Shown: positions 38,328 to 46,832 of the stretch, in pieces
Position numbering within the stretch: position 1 is the stretch's first letter
How the letters are laid out: each line of letters begins with the position of its first letter
NCBI GenBank assembly: GCA_947629705.1
Contig: CANREN010000002.1
Location: 15,514-79,513, forward strand
Direction of reading: 5' to 3'
Length of the DNA stretch: 64,000 nt
Origin: an uncultured Alistipes sp.
GTDB lineage: Bacteria > Bacteroidota > Bacteroidia > Bacteroidales > Rikenellaceae
Notes under the pieces: generated by a model
Told to the model about the DNA's origin: nothing
Databases searched by the model: none
Seen by the model: only the letters and a program-made list of their open reading frames with translations
Translations under genes and position numbers: made by a program

Positions 38328-39167
38328 ATGCTGCGCCGACTTGCGATCCTTTGGCTGCTGACGATCGGCCCGTGCACAGGCCGGTCGCAGCCCCAGCGGC
38401 TCGGCATCGCCTACTACGACGTCGAACGGCTTTACGATACGGTCGTCTCGCCTTTCTACAACGATACGGACTATACGCCCGAAGGGCGTCTGCGCTGGAA
38501 CACGGAACGTTACCGCCGCAAGATCGCCCATACGGCCGCCGTCCTCGATTCGATGGCGCTTCCGCTCGTCGCACTCTACGGCGTGGAGAACGAAGCGGTC
38601 GTGCGCGACCTCGTCCAGGCCTGCCGCGGCGATTATTCCTACTTTCATCGCACGCTCGACAAACCCGACGGATTGGATTTCGCCCTGCTCTACTACGGCG
38701 ACCGCTTCTTTCCGCACTACACCGAACCCGGGAACAACTACCTCTATATCGAAGGCTCGCTCGCGTCCGACGTCGGAGAACCGTGCGACACGTTGGGCCT
38801 GCTGCTTTGCCGCAACGAACGGATGGCCTGCCTGCTGTCGAACTGCCTGCGCAAAGAGCGGCCGGGCGCGAAACTGTTGATCCTGGGGCGTTTCAAGCCT
38901 GCTGAAATCCGCGATCGAGGGTTCCGCGACGCTACGGCACGGGCCGAAAGGGCCGGTCGGGGCAACTTCTTCCGGCGCGCCGGATGGCAGATGCGCGACC
39001 GCATCGCCGCCGACACGGCCCTGCGCGTCGAGCGGTGCGACGTCTACGTCCGCCGCTGGCTGCTCGACCCGCAGAACGGCAAACCGCTGCCGACCTACGA
39101 ATACACCCGCTATCGGGGCGGATACGGATCGCGGCTGCCCATCTTTCTCTACATTTCCAGGCCCTAA
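38328..39167 (+). CDS. Secreted protein, possibly a divergent endonuclease/exonuclease/phosphatase-fold protein
   Basis: 279-aa ORF with a signal peptide. The N-terminal IAYYDVERLYD resembles the YNVENLFD start of EEP enzymes, and the C-terminal YGSRLPIF aligns with the usual SDHLPV. This is a hand comparison only. Confidence 0.45.
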   Translation: MLRRLAILWLLTIGPCTGRSQPQRLGIAYYDVERLYDTVVSPFYNDTDYTPEGRLRWNTERYRRKIAHTAAVLDSMALPLVALYGVENEAVVRDLVQACRGDYSYFHRTLDKPDGLDFALLYYGDRFFPHYTEPGNNYLYIEGSLASDVGEPCDTLGLLLCRNERMACLLSNCLRKERPGAKLLILGRFKPAEIRDRGFRDATARAERAGRGNFFRRAGWQMRDRIAADTALRVERCDVYVRRWLLDPQNGKPLPTYEYTRYRGGYGSRLPIFLYISRP

Positions 39168-39228
39168 CGGGGCCAGTTGGCACAAAAGATGCACTTTTCA
39201 GCGCATCCCGCAACCAAAACGTCGAAAC

Positions 39229-39888
39229 ATGAAAGTGCGCCCTCTTTTCATTCTGCTGCTTTTCGTGCTCTCCACCGGTGTGCTGGCGTGGATCTATTAC
39301 GCCGCGACCCGAAAGCGCGACCAGCCGCCCACCAAGGCATCCCGACAGGCCGAGACGCTCGCCGATCTCGATGCCTGCGGCCGCCGCAAACACGCCAAGT
39401 CGATGCAATACGAGTATTTCGCCGACATTGCCCATCGCGAACGGCAAGAGCATACGGCGCGCCTGTTCCGCGCCATGGCGCTCTCCGAACGGGTGCACGA
39501 GGGCATCTGCGCCGAAGCCATCGTCCGGTTGGGCGGGCACTACGATCCGCCGGTCAAGGTGATCGTATTCCGCGGCACGACCGACGGCAATTTGGAACGC
39601 AGCCTGCGCTACGAACAGCAATCGCTCCACACGCGAAGGGGCAGGGAGATTCATCGGGCCCTGTCGGCGGGCAACCGTTATGCCGCCCAGATTCTGGCCC
39701 GGGCCGATGCAAGCGACTGGCAGCACATCGTCCTGCTGGAGGAGCGCCTGAACCGGCGGCCGCCGCAAGACACGATCCGCACCTACACGGTTTGTCCCGT
39801 ATGCGGCAACCTCACGCTCACGGAACACGAACCCGATTTCTGCCCCTATTGTCTGACCGAACGCGGCCGTTTCGTACATTTTTATTAA
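39229..39888 (+). CDS. Membrane-anchored rubrerythrin-like protein with C-terminal zinc ribbon
   Basis: 219-aa ORF with an N-terminal TM helix and a ferritin-like region containing one ExxH (SERVH). The C-terminus carries CPVCG...CPYC. Confidence 0.5.
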   Translation: MKVRPLFILLLFVLSTGVLAWIYYAATRKRDQPPTKASRQAETLADLDACGRRKHAKSMQYEYFADIAHRERQEHTARLFRAMALSERVHEGICAEAIVRLGGHYDPPVKVIVFRGTTDGNLERSLRYEQQSLHTRRGREIHRALSAGNRYAAQILARADASDWQHIVLLEERLNRRPPQDTIRTYTVCPVCGNLTLTEHEPDFCPYCLTERGRFVHFY

Positions 39889-39946
39889 CGCGGTCGGGAG
39901 AATATCCGACATTTGCGAGAAGCGCAGGCTGACAGCCTCAATAAAA

Positions 39947-39973
39947 AAGCCGCCCGACAAAATCGAGCGGCTT
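39947..39973. terminator. Bidirectional hairpin between convergent genes
   Basis: Stem aagccgc ... gcggctt flanked by an A-run and a T-run. It lies between the rubrerythrin-like gene and yebC. Confidence 0.5.
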
Positions 39974-40005
39974 TGCATGATACGGGCGTGATGCTATCGG
40001 AAGCG

Positions 40006-40734
40006 TTATTCGGCCGATTCCTCCTCTTTCATGTTGTGGTAAACGTTCGTAACGTCGTCGTCCTCCTCGAGCCGCTCGACCAATCGTTCCACCGATTCGC
40101 GGCCCTCGGCGTCCAACTCCTTCGTATCCATCGGCAGATAGGCCGATTCGCCCGAGACGATCTCGTAACCGCGGTCGTCCAACCACTTCTGAATGGCCCC
40201 GAACGATTCGTAGGAGGCGTAAACCGTTACGCCGTCCTCCTCGGCGTAAAACTCGTCGACTCCCAGGTCGATCATATCGAGCTCCAGCTCCTCGGGATCG
40301 GCGCCCGCAGCCGGATGGAACTTGAACACGCATTTGTGCTCGAACATGAATGCCACCGAGCCGCTGTTGCCCAAGGCACCGCCGCACTTGTTGAAGTGCA
40401 TACGCACATTGGCCACCGTACGGTTGGTATTGTCGGTCGCCGTCTCCACGAGGAAAGCGATGCCGTGCGGGCCGTAGCCTTCGTAGATCACCTCTTTGTA
40501 ATCGGCCGCATCCTTTTCGGTCGCCCGTTTGATCGCCCGTTCGACATTCTCCTTGGGCATGTTCTCGGCCTTGGCATTCTGAATCAGGATTCGCAGACGG
40601 GTGTTTCCCGACGGATCGGGGCCGCCCGCCTTGACGGCGATTTCGATCTCCTTGCCGATTTTGGTGAATGTACGGGCCATGTGCCCCCAGCGTTTGAGTT
40701 TACGCGCTTTGCGGTATTCGAATGCTCTTCCCAT
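40006..40734 (-). CDS. yebC: YebC/PmpR family transcriptional regulator
   Basis: 242-aa ORF. The N-terminus MGRAFEYRKARKLKRWGHMARTFTKIGKEI is characteristic of the family. Confidence 0.9.
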   Translation of the reverse strand: MGRAFEYRKARKLKRWGHMARTFTKIGKEIEIAVKAGGPDPSGNTRLRILIQNAKAENMPKENVERAIKRATEKDAADYKEVIYEGYGPHGIAFLVETATDNTNRTVANVRMHFNKCGGALGNSGSVAFMFEHKCVFKFHPAAGADPEELELDMIDLGVDEFYAEEDGVTVYASYESFGAIQKWLDDRGYEIVSGESAYLPMDTKELDAEGRESVERLVERLEEDDDVTNVYHNMKEEESAE

Positions 40735-40766
40735 GGGTATGATGCGGTTTTATGATTTTCGTGGCA

Positions 40767-40774
40767 CAAAGGTA
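40767..40774 (-). promoter_or_regulatory. -7 box TACCTTTG for yebC
   Basis: The plus strand reads caaaggta, 33 nt upstream of ATG 40734 on the minus strand. Confidence 0.5.
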
Positions 40775-40858
40775 TAAAAATCGTGCGTAAATCCGCCGCT
40801 TCCCGCACAAAAAATCGCACGAAACGGCCGGCCTCCTCTCCGAAGTCTGCCCGAAAAC

Positions 40859-41743
40859 CTACAATTTGCAGAATTTCGACCGGCACACGAACCACGGATT
40901 GTGCAAATCCGCTTCGTTGTAGCGCAATGCACGCCCATCGGGCAGCGATTCGATGCGTCCGCCCGCCTCGGAAAGGATCAGTTCGCCGGCTGCCGTATCC
41001 CACTCGTAGGTCTGCGTCGTGCGGACATAATAATCGACCTTCCCTTCGGCCAGAAGACAAAATTTATAGGAGCTGCCCTGCTTCACCACCTCGACCTCGC
41101 CCTGTTGCCGGCGCAGCCGGTCGATATGCTCATGCGTCTCGGGCGTCTGGTGCGATCGCGAGACGGCGACGACCAGATGGTCGTGCGTCGGTTCGTCGGC
41201 AAGCGGCAGCCGAAGGCCCCCATCGTGGATGGCGGCGTAATCGTACTCGCTGTCGGCATCGGCCGGAACGTGTTCCTTGAGAAAGGCCCCGCTCCCCCGC
41301 CATGCGACGTACATCTTCTCGAAATAGGGCACATAGATGACCGCCCCGATACAGATATTGTTCTCCATCAACGCGATATTGACCGTAAATTCGTTGTTGC
41401 CCTTGATGAACTCGACCGTGCCGTCGAGCGGGTCGACCAACCAGTAAAGCTCCCAGTTGCAGCGCTCCTCGTAACGCATCGCGCGCCCCTCCTCCGAAAG
41501 CACCGGAATCCGCGTGCGGCCCAGATACTCGCGGATGACCCGATGGGCCTGACGATCGGCCACGGTGATCGGGGTCTTGTCGTCTTTCATGCCGATATCG
41601 TAATCGTCGAAATGCTTGTAGACCTTCATGATGGCGGCTCCGGCCCGCACCGCGGCATTGAACAGCGGCGGCAACAGATAGGTTTTCACCTCGTCGTTTA
41701 TCATCGTCGTGCTTATTAGGTGTTGCGCAGTTTCGGTTGTCAT
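40859..41743 (-). CDS. cysQ: Inositol monophosphatase family / 3'(2'),5'-bisphosphate nucleotidase
   Basis: 294-aa ORF with IMPase motifs SEE, WLVDPLDGT and WDTAAG. Confidence 0.8.
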   Translation of the reverse strand: MTTETAQHLISTTMINDEVKTYLLPPLFNAAVRAGAAIMKVYKHFDDYDIGMKDDKTPITVADRQAHRVIREYLGRTRIPVLSEEGRAMRYEERCNWELYWLVDPLDGTVEFIKGNNEFTVNIALMENNICIGAVIYVPYFEKMYVAWRGSGAFLKEHVPADADSEYDYAAIHDGGLRLPLADEPTHDHLVVAVSRSHQTPETHEHIDRLRRQQGEVEVVKQGSSYKFCLLAEGKVDYYVRTTQTYEWDTAAGELILSEAGGRIESLPDGRALRYNEADLHNPWFVCRSKFCKL

Positions 41744-41796
41744 GGTAAAGATACGATATTTTTGCGATATTGTGAATTTTTTAACACTATTATTAA

Positions 41797-41805
41797 GGGG
41801 GGGGG
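41797..41805. repeat. G9 homopolymer (intergenic)
   Basis: Nine consecutive G, between the cysQ start and the stop of the upstream minus-strand gene. Confidence 0.9.
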
Positions 41806-41854
41806 AACATTCGATCGGCCCCGTTGTATTCAGCGGGAGCCATCGGCCCGATAG

Positions 41855-42787
41855 TCAAGGGAGCGTCTTTCCGTCGAACGCGCTTTCATCGAATGCCAGC
41901 GCCTGCCGTCCATAAGCCGCGGCCCCTGCGACGACCGCCGCCGCAGCCGTTACGGCCGCTCCCGTCCAATAGCCCGCCGCGACGGCCCCTCCCGTTGCGA
42001 GGAACGCGGCAATCACCGCCGTGCGAAGCATGTTTTTTGCCACCCGCGCCCGTTTCGCCGCCTCCGCCCGATCCGCCCGACCGGCCAACGGCTCCCACAG
42101 CACTAACCGCCTCCGCCGCGGAACCTGCCGCAGCATCCGCTTTCCGAAACCGCCGGCCTCGACCACGACGTCGCGGGCGATCAACGCAACCGGCATCCCG
42201 ATACGCGACCGCACGGCATCGACCGCACCGGCCGGATGCTCGCCCAACTCCGCCACGATCCGCATCACGGCATCGGGCAGCAGCGCCGTGCGCCCGTCCA
42301 ACGGAAGCAGGTAATCGTAGGCCGCTACGGAAGCGGCGGCATTCCAATCGGTAACGGAACCCTCCGAAGCCGACCCGTCCGCACGTTGCGGCCGGTCGAC
42401 CAGCACCAAGCGCCGGCAGTTCCGCCGTCGGGAACGCCACAGCGTCCGGATGTCCGACGTCGGAAACTCCTGCGAGCCGTGCCATTCGACCCGAATCATC
42501 CGGTAGCGGGCCGTCAATCGGGCGAACTCGTCGGGAAAGCCGCCCGCGTCGAGCACGACGATCGTTTCGAAACGGGTGTACTCCGATCCCAACAGCGCGT
42601 CGATCCGTTCGGGCGCGTCGATGCCGCTGCACAGCACCGAAATCCCGATCTCCTCCGACAGGCTGCTGCCGATGCCGTGCGCATCGCGGAGCAGCCGCCG
42701 TTTGTTCCGCCCCCGAAGCACCGATCGCAAAACGAAGCAGGCCGCCGCACCGACAGTGCACAACAGGAGCAGCAAGAGGGCTTTCAT
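41855..42787 (-). CDS. Membrane protein with degenerate GT2-like glycosyltransferase core
   Basis: 310-aa ORF with an N-terminal TM helix. ISVLCSG...YTRFETIVVLDAGG resembles the GT2 N-terminal strand pattern, and LLPLDGR sits where a DxD is expected. The C-terminus has an Ala/Gly-rich hydrophobic segment. Its start overlaps the upstream stop by 4 nt. Confidence 0.5.
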   Translation of the reverse strand: MKALLLLLLCTVGAAACFVLRSVLRGRNKRRLLRDAHGIGSSLSEEIGISVLCSGIDAPERIDALLGSEYTRFETIVVLDAGGFPDEFARLTARYRMIRVEWHGSQEFPTSDIRTLWRSRRRNCRRLVLVDRPQRADGSASEGSVTDWNAAASVAAYDYLLPLDGRTALLPDAVMRIVAELGEHPAGAVDAVRSRIGMPVALIARDVVVEAGGFGKRMLRQVPRRRRLVLWEPLAGRADRAEAAKRARVAKNMLRTAVIAAFLATGGAVAAGYWTGAAVTAAAAVVAGAAAYGRQALAFDESAFDGKTLP

Positions 42788-43740
42788 GCCAACGAACGTT
42801 TATAGGATTGCACGAGCGTTTCGTAATAGGGACGCTCCTCGTCCTCGAAGAGCCGCCGCATCGTGTTCAGCGCGTAGCCTTCGAGCGCCATGCAGCGCAG
42901 CAGCGCGCGGCGCTCCCGAAGATCCATCCCCGCGATGAATACGGCGACCTCGCGCCGCAGCAGGGAGCAGCGCAGCGAACACAACGCGTAGAGGGCCTCC
43001 CGACCGAGCTCGGGTTCGGAGGTGTCGGCCACGAACTGCAACAGCCGCCCTTCGGCCTCCTCGATGCCGAACTGCCGGACGATGGCCAATCCGACTCTGC
43101 GCAGCTTGAGCGAACGGGCCTCCAGCAGCGGCCCGTAAGCGAGCGGCAGGATGCCGCGCCGCAGCAAAGCCATCAATTCGGCCACCTCCGAAACCGACAA
43201 GGGGCCGTCATACGATTCGATATAGCGCAAGGCGTGTGCCGGATCGGCGGCCAACTGCACCGTCAATGCGTAAAACCGGACATAACGGTTCCGGCTCCGA
43301 AGATACGGGGCGACGGCCGCAGCCATCGTCTCATCGGAGGGCAGACACGCAAGCAGGGCCAGCGCCCGCGCCCGCCGGTAACCCCGGCAACGGCGGACAT
43401 GCCGCAGCATCCAGCGGTCGAGCCCGTAACGGTCGATCGCATGGCGCAACAGGGCGGTGTCCAATCCATAGGTGATCGACACGAGGCCCGCGATGGTCTC
43501 GCACAACAGCAGACGGGTGCCGGGATGGCCGAAAAGCGGGAAATAGGGCATCCGCCGCTCGCCGCCGCTTAATGCCAGCATCAACGCATGAAGGTACTTG
43601 GCCCGCAGCATCGCATCGTGCCCCCGCCGACGGCGTTCGCGCAAGGCGGCGAACAAGGCACCCGCCGACAACGCACACGCCGTCGCGAGCGCGAGAACCG
43701 CATATATCTTATAGAGCGTATCGATCATCGGGTTCACCAT
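42784..43740 (-). CDS. Membrane-anchored helical-repeat (HEAT/ARM-like) protein
   Basis: The start is set at ATG 43740 (MVNPMIDTLYKIYAVLALATACALSAG, a TM helix). It is followed by repeated Leu/Arg/Ala-rich helix pairs. The 661-aa ORF in the track is an over-extension. Confidence 0.5.
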   Translation of the reverse strand: MVNPMIDTLYKIYAVLALATACALSAGALFAALRERRRRGHDAMLRAKYLHALMLALSGGERRMPYFPLFGHPGTRLLLCETIAGLVSITYGLDTALLRHAIDRYGLDRWMLRHVRRCRGYRRARALALLACLPSDETMAAAVAPYLRSRNRYVRFYALTVQLAADPAHALRYIESYDGPLSVSEVAELMALLRRGILPLAYGPLLEARSLKLRRVGLAIVRQFGIEEAEGRLLQFVADTSEPELGREALYALCSLRCSLLRREVAVFIAGMDLRERRALLRCMALEGYALNTMRRLFEDEERPYYETLVQSYKRSLA

Positions 43741-44105
43741 CGCCGGTCGAGTTCGTCGGCCACCTTGCGGCGCAGCCGCTGCAGATTCACCGGAAAGGTC
43801 ATATACTGGTCGACGCCCGCCTCTAAAAGGCTCAACACCGTCTGCTCGGCCTGCTGCCACGACAGCACATAGATCGCAGGATGCCGCAGACCGGCGGGCC
43901 GCACTTCGCGCACGGGATTTCCGCCGCACAGGAACATCGCCGCTTGCAGGACGATGATCAGATCGAAGGTCGCGCGGCGGCACGATGCACGCATCCCCTC
44001 GCAGCCGGACGTGCAGCGCACCTCGGCACCCAATCCGACCAACGACAAACGAACGACGTCGCGCACGAACGCCTCTCCGGCAACAATCAATATACGACGG
44101 TGCAT
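43734..44105 (-). CDS. Stand-alone receiver-like domain lacking the phospho-acceptor residues (pseudo-receiver)
   Basis: 123-aa ORF with a CheY-like beta/alpha periodicity (RILIVAGE, DLIIVLQ, AIYVLS, YMTFPV). By hand alignment the acidic pair, the acceptor Asp and the conserved Lys are all replaced. Confidence 0.55.
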   Translation of the reverse strand: MHRRILIVAGEAFVRDVVRLSLVGLGAEVRCTSGCEGMRASCRRATFDLIIVLQAAMFLCGGNPVREVRPAGLRHPAIYVLSWQQAEQTVLSLLEAGVDQYMTFPVNLQRLRRKVADELDRRW

Positions 44106-44213
44106 GATCCTCCACAGTGTGCCGGCACAACGCTTCCGGCGCGCAGCTCCCCGCCCAAAACCGTGCCAGAGCCCGACGGATCATGATTTTTTTGTTTCCG
44201 TGAATTATTTCAT

Positions 44214-44221
44214 TATCTTTG
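44214..44221 (+). promoter_or_regulatory. -7 box TATCTTTG for the 44248 lipoprotein gene
   Basis: Exact TAnnTTTG match 27 nt upstream of ATG 44248. Confidence 0.5.
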
Positions 44222-44247
44222 CTGGCAAAACCAACACACATTGTGCT

Positions 44248-44643
44248 ATGAAAAGACTCCTTTTTCTCTCGGCCCTGCTGGCAAGCCTGACATGGTGCGC
44301 TGCATGCAACGACGACGACCTGCCGTTGGAGCTGAACGCCTCCTCTTTGGAACAAACCGCCTGGGATGCCCATAGAATCGCCTACGACGGGCAGGGAGCT
44401 ATCATAGGCGAATCGTCTTATATTCTTGAATTTCGGACGGATACAACCGGCAAATGCACGGAACTGGATGCCAACGGGGATTATCTGCGGACATTGGATT
44501 TTTCGTACACGATCGATCGGAAACTCATCGCTTTTCAAGGTGCGCTCACGCAGACATGGACGATCATAAAACGGACGAAGAACGAAATCGTCATGCAGAC
44601 CTTCCTCGAAAGCAAGCTGGTGATGACCCTGACGCGGAAATAA
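44248..44643 (+). CDS. Small lipoprotein of unknown function
   Basis: 131-aa ORF starting MKRLLFLSALLASLTWCAAC (lipobox), with beta-rich sequence. Confidence 0.6.
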   Translation: MKRLLFLSALLASLTWCAACNDDDLPLELNASSLEQTAWDAHRIAYDGQGAIIGESSYILEFRTDTTGKCTELDANGDYLRTLDFSYTIDRKLIAFQGALTQTWTIIKRTKNEIVMQTFLESKLVMTLTRK

Positions 44644-44722
44644 TGATTCCCTCCCGAACAGCTTCCCCGACGCTGAAAGAAAACATTTTCTTGCGGGCGA
44701 TTGCTTTTTCATAAAAAATGCG

Positions 44723-44730
44723 TATATTTG
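44723..44730 (+). promoter_or_regulatory. -7 box TATATTTG for rplU-rpmA
   Basis: Exact TAnnTTTG match 39 nt upstream of ATG 44769. Confidence 0.5.
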
Positions 44731-44768
44731 CACGCTAAAAAGGTTCAAATACCCTTTTGTCCAAAACA

Positions 44769-45080
44769 ATGTACGTTATAGTAGAGATTGCAGGTCAGCA
44801 ATTCAAGGCTGAAAAAGGTCGGAAACTTTATGTCCACCGTCTTCAGGGCGACGAAAATTCGTCCGTAAGTTTCGACAAAGTCCTGCTCGCAGACAACGAC
44901 GGTCAGGTCAAAGTCGGCGCACCTGTTGTAGAAGGCGCCACGGTAAAATGCAAGATTCTGAAGCACCTCAAAGACGACAAAGTCTTGGTGTTCAAGAAAA
45001 AACGCCGCACGGGATACCAGAAATGCAACGGACACCGGCAGGCATTGACGCAGATTCTTGTGGAAGAAATCGTTGCATAA
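44769..45080 (+). CDS. rplU: 50S ribosomal protein L21
   Basis: The start is set at [17 protein letters not shown], the typical L21 N-terminus. It is followed by rpmA. Confidence 0.9.
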   Translation: MYVIVEIAGQQFKAEKGRKLYVHRLQGDENSSVSFDKVLLADNDGQVKVGAPVVEGATVKCKILKHLKDDKVLVFKKKRRTGYQKCNGHRQALTQILVEEIVA

Positions 45081-45101
45081 ACCTTGTAAAAACGAAGCAT
45101 C

Positions 45102-45362
45102 ATGGCACACAAGAAAGGTGTAGGTAGTTCGAAGAACGGCCGTGAGTCGGAAAGCAAACGGCTCGGTATCAAATTGTTCGGCGGCCAGTTCGCAAAGGCG
45201 GGCAACATCATCGTCCGTCAGCGCGGCACGGTTCACAATGCCGGTGAGAATGTCGGCATGGGCAAAGACCATACGCTCTTCGCCTTGGTCGACGGAACGG
45301 TATCGTTCTGCAAGAAACGCGAAGGCCGCTCTTTCGTCAGCGTAACTCCGCTGGCCGAGTAA
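45102..45362 (+). CDS. rpmA: 50S ribosomal protein L27
   Basis: 86-aa ORF starting [22 protein letters not shown], the canonical L27 N-terminus. Confidence 0.95.
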   Translation: MAHKKGVGSSKNGRESESKRLGIKLFGGQFAKAGNIIVRQRGTVHNAGENVGMGKDHTLFALVDGTVSFCKKREGRSFVSVTPLAE

Positions 45363-45390
45363 CCGGCGACACAGCGATTCGCAAACAAAG

Positions 45391-45419
45391 AAAAGCGCTT
45401 CGGATTCGAAGCGCTTTTT
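45391..45419 (+). terminator. Intrinsic terminator after rpmA
   Basis: Hairpin aaaagcgcttcg-gat-tcgaagcgctttt followed by a T-run. Confidence 0.8.
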
Positions 45420-45479
45420 CGTATCTTTGGCTGCGCCGAAGATACTCCGTCTCGGCATAATCAAAACAAGTTTTGTTTT
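45420..45479 (+). promoter_or_regulatory. Conserved promoter-proximal module, copy 3
   Basis: Reads cgTATCTTTGgctgcgccgaagatactccgtctcggca, then the hairpin caaaa-caag-ttttg followed by TTTT. A second box for the downstream gene follows at 45495. Confidence 0.5.
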
Positions 45480-45494
45480 GCCCTCGCTTATTCG

Positions 45495-45502
45495 TATCTT
45501 TG
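45495..45502 (+). promoter_or_regulatory. -7 box TATCTTTG for the UPF0597 gene
   Basis: Exact TAnnTTTG match 25 nt upstream of ATG 45527. This argues against the ORF-track start at 45473. Confidence 0.5.
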
Positions 45503-45526
45503 TATCATGACAAAACCCGTCCTGCC

Positions 45527-46816
45527 ATGATACCGAAACCCGAACGAGAGCGCATCATTGCACTCATCCATCGCGAAGTAGTGCCCGCCATCGGCTGCAC
45601 CGAACCCATCGCCGTCGCCCTTTGCACGGCTCGTGCGACCGAAGAGTTGGGATGCCTGCCGGAACGCATCGACGTCCGGTTGAGCGCCAATATCCTGAAA
45701 AATGCCATGGGTGTCGGTATTCCGGGCACGGGCGGCATGACCGGTCTGCCCATCGCCGTGGCGCTCGGCGCCTTGGTCGGGAAATCGGAATACCAATTAG
45801 AGGTGCTGCGCGACGTTACGCCCGAAGCCGTGGAGCGCGGCAAGGCGTTCATCGACCGAAAGGGCATCGCCATCGTGCTCAAAGAGGGAATCGACGAAAA
45901 ACTCTATATCGAAGCGGATGTCTCGGCAGCCGGCCGCACGGCGACGGCCGTCATCGCCGGAGGACACACCCGTTTCGTCTATACGGCCCGCGACGGAAAG
46001 GCGACGCTCGACAAACGCACGCCGGCGGCCGCCGAAGCGGCCGAAGAGAAGGTCGACCTTTCGTTGGCCCGCGTATGGGATTTCGCCACGACCGCGCCGA
46101 TCGAGGAGCTGCGTTTCATCCTCGAATCGCGAAAGCTGAACCGAGCGGCGGCCGAACAAGCCTTCACGGGCGACTACGGGCACAGCGTCGGCCGCACACT
46201 CCGTCGGGAACGGGAGTTGAAAGTGATGGGCGACAGCATCTTTTCGCGCATCCTCTCCTACACTTCGGCAGCCTGCGACGCCCGCATGGCCGGAGCGAAG
46301 ATTCCCGTGATGAGCAATTCGGGAAGCGGCAACCAAGGCATCGCCGCGACGCTTCCGGTGGCGGTCTACGCCGAACAGACCGGCGCATCGGAGGAACAGA
46401 CGATCCGGGCCCTGACGTTGAGCCACCTGGCCGTGATCTACATCAAACAAAGTCTCGGACGGCTTTCGGCCTTGTGCGGCTGCGTCGTGGCGGCAACCGG
46501 ATCGAGCTGCGGCATCACCTACCTGATGGGCGGCGACTACGACCGGATCGCCGCGGCAGTCAAAAACATGATTGCCAATCTGACGGGCATGATCTGCGAC
46601 GGCGCGAAACCGAGCTGCGCGATGAAGTTGATGAGCGGCGTATCGACGGCCGTGCTCTCGGCGATGATGGCGATGGACGGCCATTGCGTTACGCCGGTCG
46701 AGGGCATCATCGACCAGGATGTCGACCGCTGCATCCGCAATCTGACCCGCATCGGCCGCGACGGCATGAACGAAACCGACCGCACGGTGCTCGATATCAT
46801 GACCCATAAGAACTAA
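45527..46816 (+). CDS. UPF0597 / L-cysteine desulfidase-like (serine dehydratase alpha-like) family protein
   Basis: The start is set at MIPKPERERIIALIHREVVPAIGCTEPIAVA, which matches the UPF0597 N-terminal signature as I recall it. It is about 430 aa long. Confidence 0.65.
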   Translation: MIPKPERERIIALIHREVVPAIGCTEPIAVALCTARATEELGCLPERIDVRLSANILKNAMGVGIPGTGGMTGLPIAVALGALVGKSEYQLEVLRDVTPEAVERGKAFIDRKGIAIVLKEGIDEKLYIEADVSAAGRTATAVIAGGHTRFVYTARDGKATLDKRTPAAAEAAEEKVDLSLARVWDFATTAPIEELRFILESRKLNRAAAEQAFTGDYGHSVGRTLRRERELKVMGDSIFSRILSYTSAACDARMAGAKIPVMSNSGSGNQGIAATLPVAVYAEQTGASEEQTIRALTLSHLAVIYIKQSLGRLSALCGCVVAATGSSCGITYLMGGDYDRIAAAVKNMIANLTGMICDGAKPSCAMKLMSGVSTAVLSAMMAMDGHCVTPVEGIIDQDVDRCIRNLTRIGRDGMNETDRTVLDIMTHKN

Positions 46817-46832
46817 CAAAACATTCCGATCT

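Noticed and set aside
42784-44769. 661-aa minus-strand ORF in the track.
   Set aside because: Only the last 318 codons (from ATG 43740) look like a gene. The upstream extension overlaps the receiver-like ORF in another frame, the divergent promoter region and the opposite-strand lipoprotein and rplU genes.
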